DNA of 64,000 nt, from assembly GCA_002633005.1 (NCBI GenBank), contig NMRA01000110.1, positions 333,850 through 397,849 of the forward strand. The letters are read 5' to 3'. A program made the translations under genes and the position numbers. Of the stretch, positions 54,001 through 64,000 are shown in pieces. Under the pieces are notes generated by a model. That model saw nothing but the letters and a program-made list of their open reading frames with translations. It was not told the origin of the DNA and searched no databases. Source of the stretch: Phoronis australis (taxonomy: Eukaryota > Animalia > Phoronida). Position 1 is the stretch's first letter. Each line of letters begins with the position of its first letter.

Positions 54001-57000
54001 AAAACAGAAGAACTGATTCACAACACAGTGAATACGGAAATCAACAATTTTTCACCTTATCATAAAATCGAATGATGCGTTTTTCCCAGTGATCATAGCA
54101 TACATTGGAACTGTCAAAGTAATTTCACCAGCCAAAACAGATCACAATGTCACACATAATTGATAAATGTTTACAACAGCTGAAACAAAACACGTAAAGC
54201 CTGATGAATAATTCTAAGTTAAATTTTGATTACGCATTCAAACATCTACGGGGGGTTTTCAAAAGAGCGTCAATCAAGTAGCGTATGACTTCTGTTGCAG
54301 TATCTAAGCAGACGACAAACTAAAACCACGACTGAACAAGGGAGGGCGTTGCAAGCAGTCATACAAGGCTCCAAAAGAATGCCACCATTTGCTTCTGAAA
54401 GACCCCCAACGGGCTTTCGTTAGACATGCGGTTACCAGGATGGAATGGAGTGTGAATCAATGTAAGATCACTCCACCCTGTATTGCACAGTGTTAACTAC
54501 TTTGTGAATGAATAGTTATCTGCCCCCAGGTCACTAAAGCCTGCGCCCGTACTGTACACCCTGTATACTGACTGCTGCCAATACTATATAAATGTTCAGA
54601 TACACTTCTTCAGAGTGAGACGAGTCTAGATGACACCATTAAGTTTCACAGCATGGGAATGTGTAAATGGACACTGACCAATACAGACAAAATAAAATGG
54701 AACATAGTCTACGATGTGTTGGTACATTGTATTCATTCATGCCATGCAACTTGTTTTATTTAATTTAACTTATGGGCCGCTAAAGTGACACTTAAGTCCA
54801 CAAAATGACTCACTTCAAGACTGAATCGCCGAAGGCGATCAGAAGACAGTAACTGGAGTTGCTCTTTTTAAATGCGGATGAACTGCCCAAAGTCCAACCT
54901 GTGTAGCAAATCTGCCTAATGTCCAACCTGTGTAGCAAATCTGCCTAATGTCCAACCTGTGTAGCAAATCTGCCTAATGTCCAACCTGTGTAGCAAATCT
55001 GCCTAATGTCCAACCTGTGTAGCAAATCTGCCTAATGTCCAACCTGTGTAGCAAATCTGCCTAATGTCCAACCTGTGTAGCAAATCTGCCTAATGTCCAA
55101 CCTGTGTAGCAAATCTGCCTAATGTCCAACCTGTGTAGCAAATCTGCCTAATGTCCAACCTGTGTAGCAAATCTGCCTAATGTCCAACCTGTGTAGCAAA
55201 TCTGCCTAATGTCCAACCTGTGTAGCAAATCTGCCTAATGTCCAACCTGTGTAGCAAATCTGCCTAATGTCCAACCTGTGTAGCAAATCTGCCTAATGTC
55301 CAACCTGTGTAGCAAATCTGCCTAATGTCCAACCTGTGTAGCAAATCTGCCTAATGTCCAACCTGTGTAGCAAATCTGCCTAATGTCCAACCTGTGTAGC
55401 AAATCTGCCTAATGTCCAACCTGTGTAGCAAATCTGCCTAATGTCCAACCTGTGTAGCAAATCTGCCTAATGTCCAACCTGTGTAGCAAATCTGCCTAAT
55501 GTCCAACCTGTGTAGCAAATCTGCCTAATGTCCAACCTGTGTAGCAAATCTGCCTAATGTCCAACCTGTGTAGCAAATCTGCCTAATGTCCAACCTGTGT
55601 AGCAAATCTGCCTAATGTCCAACCTGTGTAGCAAATCTGCCTAATGTCCAACCTGTGTAGCAAATCTGCCTAATGTCCAACCTGTGTAGCAAATCTGCCT
55701 AATGTCCAACCTGTGTAGCAAATCTGCCTAATGTCCAACCTGTGTAGCAAATCTGCCTAATGTCCAACCTGTGTAGCAAATCTGCCTAATGTCCAACCTG
55801 TGTAGCAAATCTGCCTAATGTCCAACCTGTGTAGCAAATCTGCCTAATGTCCAACCTGTGTAGCAAATCTGCCTAATGTCCAACCTGTGTAGCAAATCTG
55901 CCTAATGTCCAACNTTGCATCAGAAGTTCTTACTTCCTGTGTACAATATAACTTAACATTATGTGTCATTACAAACTGTTATACAGAGATAGTGAAACTG
56001 TAAACAAAGTAATTTTAACCAAAGCAACTTGAGTACTGTTGACTTGAGACTGGACGAATGATATGCTTTTTAGTAGCACACGTCTTCCGGCAAAACCAAG
56101 TTTGGATTTCTGCTACAGTTGCAGTACTGGTCTCGCGTAACATGTCTGTGAAGAAAGCTGATATTTATAACACTGGAGGAGAATTCACAGCAACGTAACG
56201 TGAGAAATGGTAACGCATCCTGCATATTACAATTTAGGCTTTGACTAATTTTTTACCAAGATTTTGTGCATAAAAGTCATATTTTTGAAACTGAAAAAAG
56301 TCAGTCAATGTCTTGAACACGGTAACGAAATCGTGCTGTGACATCAGTCTCCACACCAAGATTCAGCGCATCACCAGCTCCCCCTGTGGGTGACCTACCT
56401 CCATACCTAACATTGACATGTTAGGATGAGTTGTTACTGCCTTGACTACAGCCTCAACACCTTGCTCTTCCATTGGATTCATGTTTAGCTGGAAAACAGA
56501 AGAACTGATTCACAACACACTGAATACGGAAATCAACAATTTTTCACCTTATCATAAAATCGAATGATGCGTTTTTCCCAGTGATCATAGCAAACATTGG
56601 AACTGTCAGAGTAATTTCACTAGCCAAAACGGATCACAATGTCAGACACAATTGATAAATGTTTACAACAGCTGAAACAAAACACGTAAAGCCTGATGGA
56701 TAATTCTAAGTTAAATTTTGATTACGCATTCAAACATCTACGGGGGGTTTTCAAAAGAGCGCCAATCAAGTAGCGTATGACTTCTGTTGCAGTATCTAAA
56801 GCAAACGACAAACTAAAACCACGACTGAACAAGGGAGGGCGTAGCGAGCAGTCATACAAGGCTCCAAAAGAATGCCACCATTTGCTTCTGAAAGACCCCC
56901 AACGGGCTTTCGTTAGACACGCGGTTACCAGGATGGAATGGAGGTTAGACATGCGGTTACCAAGATGGAATGGAGTGTGAATCAATGTAAGATCACTCCA

Positions 57001-60000
57001 CCCTACTTTGCACAGTGTTAACTACTTCGTGTATGAATAGTTATCTGCCCTCAGGTCACTAAAGCCTGCGCCCGTACCGTACACCCTGTATACTGACTGC
57101 TGCCAATACTATATAACTGTTCAGATACATTTCTTCAGCGTGAGACGAGTCTATATAACACCATTAAGTTTCACAGCATGTGAATGTGTAAATGGACACT
57201 GACCTATATAGACAAAATAAAATGGAACATAGTCTATGATGTGTTGATACATTGTATTCATTCATGCCATGCGAATGTGTAAATGGACACTGACCTATAT
57301 AGACAAAATAAAATGGAACATAGTCTATGATGTGTTGATACATTGTATTCATTCATGCCATGCAACTTGTTTTATTTAACTTAACTTACGGGCCGCTAAA
57401 GTGACACTTAAGTCCACAAAATGACTCACTTCAAGACTGAATCGCCCAAGGCGATCACAAGACAGTTAGTGGAGTTGTTCTTTTTAAATGTGGATGAACT
57501 GCCCACAGTCCAACCTATGCAGCAAATCCACCTAATGTCCCTTATAACCATATATGGTAGCAGCACAAGTGTAGAATAAACAAGCACCCCTCCATACATG
57601 AGACTGACACCCCTACATCAATGAGACTGAAACCCCTNNNNNNNNNNNNNNNNNNNNNNNNNNNNNNNNNNNNNNNNNNNNNNNNNNNNNNNNNNNNNNN
57701 NNNNNNNNNNNNNNNNNNNNNNNNNNNNNNNNNNNNNNNAGCAAATCTGCCTAATGTCCAACCTGTGTAGCAAATCTGCCTAATGTCCAACCTGTGTAGC
57801 AAATCTGCCTAATGTCCAACCTGTGTAGCAAATCTGCCAAATGTCCCTTGTAACCATATATGGTAGCAGCACAAGTGTAGAATAAACAAGCACCCCTACA
57901 TCAATGAGACTGACACCCCTACATGCATGAGACTGACACCCCTACATCAATGAGACTGACACCCCTACAGACATGAGACTGACACCTGAGCAGCACAGAC
58001 CCAACACTTACCATTAAGGTTTCAATTCCTGTGTTTTTCTTTAATCCAGCCGCAAAGCACAAGGCTGCTTCTACGTTAATCCTGTTATTACTGTAATAGG
58101 CAATATAGAAAGTGATATGTTATTACTGTAAGAGGCAATATAGAAAGAGATATGTTATTACTGTAAGAGGCAATATAGAAAGAGATATGTTATTACTGTA
58201 CGAGGCAATATAGAAAGTGATATCCTGTTATTAGTGTGAGAAGCAACATATTAAGCGATATTTTTAACCATGTTTAACGCAGGTAAAAACAACAGACTTG
58301 ACAAATAAATTTCACCTCACAGAAGTCAGAAGCACTAAATTCGAAATTTGTCATTTTCTGTTTCACAAACTCAACATAAGGTGCCTACTGGTCTGTACCT
58401 GAATATATCATGGTTCATGGCATATCAGTTTACACTACAGGTTTGCACCCGGTGACCCCTATATTCCTGCTACAAAAGTTTAATTTCGAGTAAAAACATC
58501 AGACTCCCAAGTTTTTGATCACTTAACTCACAAAGTTCTGCACTGCAACTGCTCTAAGTGTGTACACTTGACCCTTCCAAGTCAAAGTTTCGCATTCAAC
58601 AAATAGACTATTAGATTCAGCTTATGCAAATTATATTGTATTTATCATACTGATGCAAGTGATGTTGTATTCAGCATGCAAGTACTTATACAAGTTAAAT
58701 TGTATTTATCGTACTCATGCAAGTTATATTGTATCTAGCACACTTATACAAGTTATATTGTACTAAGCGTACTTATACAAGTTATATTTAGCATACTTAT
58801 TCGGAGACCCCACAGACAAAGATTCTCAAAAAATTAACAAAGGAGCAAACAACACTGTCCCATGTTGACTGACTTGACCTTTATTTCCAAATTGTTTTTG
58901 AAACAATCAGTAACTGAGCTCACCTAATGTCTATCACACGCAGCCTTGTATTGACAGGTAGCACTTTCATAAACGCCTGACAGCCAAGTAATGAGAATCC
59001 ATTCCAGGCTAGGTCTATACACTCACATACATTGTTGGTCTGAAAGGAGTGTGAACATGGTAAACTATCTTTGTAATGATCTTGATAAAAACAAAGATAT
59101 CGCATTATGATGGCATGTTTGTGCCTGACAACATATAGATCATGTGATATACTGAAATGTTCTGGAATTAAGACGTATCTCTGCCAATTTGCTGGCAAGT
59201 TAAGTCTACCACAGACAGAGAGCTGAGAGCAGGTTGCATCAAGTGACCAGAGCACATAGGTTGATGTGGTTTACTAGCATAGTCAGGTGAATTAATGCTC
59301 TGTGACTTGAAAACTTACGTTTTCTCAGTAATCAACATAAATGTAGTACACTTAGTTACAATGAGCGACGAACACAGATTTGTTGTTGTCAGGTGATACA
59401 ATCGTGAATTTTCAATGGCTGTTGAACAGAACACACTAAGCACTTGTCTCACCTTGTCCACATACAGAACACACTAAGTACTTGTCTCACCTTGTCTACA
59501 TACAGAACACACTAAGCACTTGTCTCACCTTGTCCACATACAGAACACACTAAGCACTTGTCTCACCTTGTCCACATACAGAACACACTAAGTACTTGTC
59601 TCACCTTGTCTACATACAGAACACACTAAGCACTTGTCTCACCTTGTCTACATACAGAACACACTAAGCACTTGTCTCACCTTGTCCACATACAGAACAC
59701 ACTAAGCACTTGTCTCACCTTGTCCACATACAGAACACACTAAGCACTTGTCTCACCTTGTCCACATACAGAACACACTAAGCACTTGTCTCACCTTGTC
59801 CACGTACAGAACACACTAAGCACTTGTCTCACCTTGTCCACGTACAGAACACACTAAGCACTTGTCTCACCTTGTCCACGTACTCTTAAGAATTTTGACG
59901 AAATTCAACAGGTGAGACATTCGCCTTACCGCCTCACGAGCAAAAAATCCTCATTTTGGCTCGTACATGAGTTATGAGCCGAACTCAGGTACACTAGAGG

Positions 60001-61293
60001 TGCTTATTAGCACTATGCCCTTCTACACAAGCGCTAATGTAAACGTAGAGTGGAATCTCAAAAGCTTGATAAATATAGGCCAAGCTTGATAAGTATAGGC
60101 CAAGCTTGATAAGTATAGGCCAAGCTTGATAAGTATAGGCCAAGCTTGATAGGCCAAGCTTGATAAATATAGGCCAAGCTTGATAAGTATAGACCAAGCT
60201 TGATAAGTATAGACCAAGCTTGATAAATATAGCCCAAGCTTGATAAAGATAGGCCAACCATGAATATTCTCCAAGCTTAAACGTGTTTGCAATTACATGG
60301 ACACATAGGTGCCCATGATTGAAGCTTGAAAAAACATTCATTGGAAAAACATTTCTGAATGGGCTTACAAGCTTAATTAATGCACGCATATACTAGCTGT
60401 AAGCTCAAAATAAGTTTCAATTTCAGAGACTTTCAATTCATTTAGATTCAAGGAGTATACTTTTTCAGTTTGTAATTCTAGAGTTTTAAACAAGTAATAA
60501 CAATTTCACTCTGGTAGGGGGCATTACTTTAGTTAAGGAATTGTTAGCATAATTCTTATGGCTGAAGTAGTCATCTCTATGGTATTTAAATAGTTTCTGT
60601 CCACAACATCATGACTGTCCACAGCATCGTGACTGTCCACAACATCATGACTGTCCACAACATCATGACTGTCATGATCAACTCACCTTGAACGCATTAG
60701 CCACAGCCACAGCACCTTTTTCACGAATTCCATTCCAGCTGAGATCAATATCAGTAAGTGAGATATTCACAGCCTAAAACCAGAACGCAACAATCAGAAT
60801 CAAATATTTCTCTATGACAGACTCTCATTACAAACAGTCTTTTTGAACAACTCAGTAAATCACATGACCATTAGAGAATTTGTTCTTGAAGACTTTCAGT
60901 ACCTGACACTGGACACATTCTAAAGCCCAATGCAGTATCATCTTTGAAAAGCATGTTTCATGTTTTGTGGTGGAGCCATTTGTCTTGGTTGTCCAATAGA
61001 GGGAGCTAGTGTCCCTAATGTATGTCATGCATGATACAACCAAGAACTGGATGGAGTTTATTGCTTGCTTTAACGGGAGGATTCACAACTGGTAACCTGA
61101 TTTATTTAACTCTTTGAAGTATGTGATTTGAGCTCAACATAATCAATAGTGCAAGAACTCACCAGGCCTGCACCTATATACATTCCGCCCAATTCACCAA
61201 TCTCATTGTAACTCAAATCTAATGAGTTCAATGATTGGTTGTTCTTTAAAGCTTCACCAAACCTTTTGGCGTCTCCGTCATTTAAATGATTGC
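51045..61293 (-). CDS. LRRC74: LRRC74-like protein (ribonuclease-inhibitor-type leucine-rich repeats plus C-terminal EF-hand pair); 5' part probably outside the window
   Basis: Phase-consistent exons (minus): 61163-61293, 60687-60773, 58924-59039, 58012-58090, 56399-56488 (duplicate copy 53907-53996), 53279-53386, 52539-52697, 52047-52108, 51045-51159 (TGA). LRRs: ALKNNQSLNSLDLSYNEIGELGG, AVNISLTDIDLSWNGIREKGA, IDLAWNGFSLLG, LRVIDISNNRINVEAA. EF-hands DKDKSGDVTLVE and DADKSGTIEFNE. The family name comes from recognising the architecture, not from a search. Confidence 0.82.
52477..52561 (-). repeat. Duplication (period 48) of an exon 3' end plus donor in the LRRC74-like gene
   Basis: ACAGGTCTACTTACACTGGTCAGTC(A/G)CAGCCCACAGT x2. 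Confidence 0.92.
53450..57637. repeat. ~1.5-kb near-identical direct duplication (53450-54900 vs 55915-57540) containing one LRR exon; probably an alternative haplotype
   Basis: Both copies begin TTGCATCAGAAGT and are colinear. The second copy is bounded by an N (55914) and an N-gap (57638-57739). Confidence 0.9.
54892..55913. repeat. Homogeneous 29-bp satellite, ~35 copies (resumes at 57740-57845)
   Basis: Unit GTCCAACCTGTGTAGCAAATCTGCCTAAT, no spacers. Confidence 0.98.
57891..57986. repeat. 23-bp minisatellite, ~4 copies, next to a splice donor
   Basis: Unit CACCCCTACATCAATGAGACTGA. Confidence 0.9.
58084..58240 (-). repeat. 35-bp tandem array containing a splice acceptor, 4 copies plus one diverged
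   Basis: Unit GTTATTACTGTAA(T/G)AGGCAATATAGAAAG(T/A)GATAT; the minus strand reads ...TTGCCTCTTACAG|TAATAAC. Confidence 0.93.
59426..59882. repeat. 38-bp minisatellite, 12 copies
   Basis: Unit ACAGAACACACTAAGCACTTGTCTCACCTTGTCCACAT. Confidence 0.97.
60062..60256. repeat. 20-bp minisatellite, ~10 copies
   Basis: Unit CCAAGCTTGATAAGTATAGG; it explains the repetitive ORFs at 59994-60389. Confidence 0.95.
60597..60673. repeat. 18-bp minisatellite, ~4 copies, abutting a splice donor
   Basis: Unit CTGTCCACAACATCATGA; the donor GTGAGT (minus strand) is at 60681-60686. Confidence 0.92.
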
Positions 61294-64000
61294 CTGAAAC
61301 AGAAACAGTAAAACAATTATTGAGATTATGTTGAAAATCAATTAAAAGTTTTCGGAAAGCTATTGGTAATTCTGGCATTACATACATTATTCAAAGTAGC
61401 ACTTGTTTATGTGACAAGATACAATAAAGGAGACAATTACAGTGTTGAAACACGCATTATTGATTTAAATGAACACATTGATCAAATGAACACAGTGATC
61501 AAACGCTGTATTTCATGACTAGTTTATCTTACTCCTCAAATACACACACACTGGATTCAAGCCATAAAAAGAAAAACTTTAACTCCATGCAGCATTCAGT
61601 TCAACAAGTAATGTTGTGTAAGACCCTAGAAAAATGACCAAATTTGGCAAACTTTGCAACATCACATTTTAGACATGGCCGGCTGGATTCATACGACACT
61701 TCCAGGTACTATGCTTTATGCACATTTCAAAAAGAAATTAATTGCATTTGAAATGTTCTTTTGCATGAGTAGCCATTACAAATAGGACTTTTGCAGAAAA
61801 TTTTAAAGTTGCATGAATCAAACAAAAAACGATATTTCCGAAAATTGACAGCATTTTAAAGCTTTCATCTTGAACATAATAAATTACAAAATTGACGTGT
61901 TTTTTATATCCTTGGTTTGTTATCCATCTTCCATTCCTAAAGTTTAATAAAAAAGACATGGTCATGTGACCCAATTGGCCAAAAGTCAAAAATCAAATTC
62001 TAAATGCTTTCCACATTCAGAAAATACAAACTTTTACGGAGTTAAAATCTATAGCTTTGTACACATATAACTAAATACACAGACCTGCCAATAAGGTCCA
62101 ACATCAACCTTACACAAAGATAAAATAAACCTCTACAGTTTAAACATCAAAAGACATAACTCCTAAAAATTACTCAACCTGGTGAACACGATTACAGAAC
62201 ATGTTGATCACTTAAAGCCATGCATCACCCAAATGAATGCTCAGGTGATTTAACAATTACTTCAGACTTAATCCGACATGAAGAGTACCCCTACCCCTTA
62301 ATATCAGCGTCCTGAGAGTCGTGTTTGAGTCCAACATATCACATATGGCGTGGGCACCGCGGGAACGGATGGAGTTGTCGGATAAATTCTGAAAAATTAC
62401 ACTTGCTTATGAAGAAACTCATAAAGGTTGCAAACAAAATTGCTTTTGGAAATCTGGTTGATACTGACCATAAAACAACAAGAAATAGAAGAAAAATGCA
62501 AAGCGTTGAAATGCGCCATGGACTACACTGCAGCCACTGGGTGGTGCTAAATACAATGATTTGTTGCTGCATGGAATATACTCGTCAAATTTCACAAATA
62601 TCGCGTAGGGAGTTTCGGAGATACATATTCTGTAAATAGAAACACAAGCGAAAGTGCCACAAGGGGCACAAAGTTCTTGGATCGATACGAACATCAATGT
62701 CAGTCGTGCTGTTGTCAGTAGGAAGACCTTTGCAATATTCTTAAACTCCTTTTGCTTAGTTAAGTGGATAAAAAGGTTGACGCAACAAACAGACTAAAAA
62801 CAACTTCTAGGTGGCGCAAACTAAGTCTGTTCCATGCAAAAAAGGTGCAGTCACCTTCCCAGTAGAAACTTATTTGTGTAAAAATTAATGAAATTTTGCC
62901 AAGGAACACATATCATATAAGTGGAAGTCATCGTAAAAAATGAAAGCTGTGATTAAAAGGCACTGCTGTAGTCAAATGAAAGTTGCCACTAGATGGCACT
63001 GCTGTAGTCAGATGTGCCAAAAAGTGGTCAATATAAAAAATGGCACTACAGAACAGAGCTGCAGTCAAATGAGTTCTTAATTCGTTGTCTATGTTGTCAG
63101 CTTCATAGAAACATACATGTCAAACCTCATTAAGATCCTGGAAGGGGTTTAGGAGATACAAAAGTGGACGCTGGAGGCCCAAGTGGTCAGATGACTGCAA
63201 GTTGCACTCACACACAATGTATATTATGTGGACACACAAAAATGACCACTCAGGGGCGGGCACTGAATAAGTTAAATCCATCTAAAACTGGGCAGTTGCC
63301 TTCTTAGAAAGTCATTTTCCAAATTTCACAAAGATCCATCCAGGAATTTGTTAGATAATGAGGCATATACACAGAAAAAAATTCCACTAGGGGGCACCAA
63401 AAGCAGTGGGACTCATCTTGGAATCAGCACCAGGCTGACTTTCCTCAGTAACAGTATTCCCACCAGCTGGATTGAATTTGAGCTCGGTGAGAACAGCAGA
63501 ACGCTATCAACTTGTGTTCAGCTATGCCTCGAAGATGAGACCACTGTGTTCCGTGTTTTAGGAATAATTAAATCGCTAAGTTAAGGAATAATTTCCACAC
63601 TGCAGTGTAACAGCAGTGACTCAAAAGTTTACAAGTCCAAAGCACATAAAAGCATTGTATACTTATCACAGATAGGACAACATAAAACTTAGCATGATAG
63701 CTCAAAATCTGAGCATGGTGGTCAAATTTGAGTGTGGGGAGCTCAAAATCTGAGCATGGTAGTCATGCACCCACATAATATTATGTACATGGGGATACAT
63801 AAAAAATAAGATAACAAGCAATATAAAATTTCCACAATTAAGAAAGAGAATGCACACTTCAACAAATTGTAAAACTTGATAAAATTATAAACAAAAAATA
63901 AATTTTAAAAATTATGCAACTCATTAAAAATATTCTAAGCACAAATAGTTAATTCACTTACTAAAAATGTTAGAAACATATTCTCCTTCAACATGTCTGC

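Noticed and set aside
54892-55913. 29-bp repeat array as a CRISPR array
   Set aside because: Units are head-to-tail with no unique spacers, the context is a eukaryotic intron, and there are no cas genes.
53907-56488. Mutually exclusive or tandem LRR exon pair
   Set aside because: The copies differ only synonymously, and the second is bounded by Ns inside a satellite. A haplotype artefact is more parsimonious, though a true duplication is not excluded.
59994-60389. Repetitive ORFs (YQAWPILIKLGLYLSSL..)
   Set aside because: These are translations of the 20-bp minisatellite in several frames, inside an intron.

Overview
Eukaryotic (invertebrate-metazoan-like) genomic DNA with GT-AG introns. 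No prokaryotic genes, CRISPR array, rRNA or tRNA were seen. I reconstructed four spliced genes by hand, checking exon phases. (1) A + strand astacin metalloprotease (909-8031) with EGF-like, Thr-rich, Trp/Arg-rich, PAN and C-type-lectin modules. (2) A - strand SSUH2 homologue (19614-27901) ending in a CaaX box. (3) A + strand MFSD3 transporter (42252-46228). (4) The 3' part of a - strand LRRC74-like LRR + EF-hand gene (51045-61293). Intergenic DNA holds MITEs (Harbinger-, CACTA/CMC- and Mutator-like), a LINE RT relic, and a Penelope-like fragment with a hammerhead ribozyme core. The most striking pattern is short tandem duplications that copy exon/intron junctions (donor, acceptor or stop region) at six places in three genes. 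They occur in the CpG-poor genes and I found none in the astacin gene. A ~1.5 kb duplication at 53.4-57.6 kb is probably a second haplotype inserted by the assembler; it shows a 29-bp unit present once in one copy and about 35+ times in the other.
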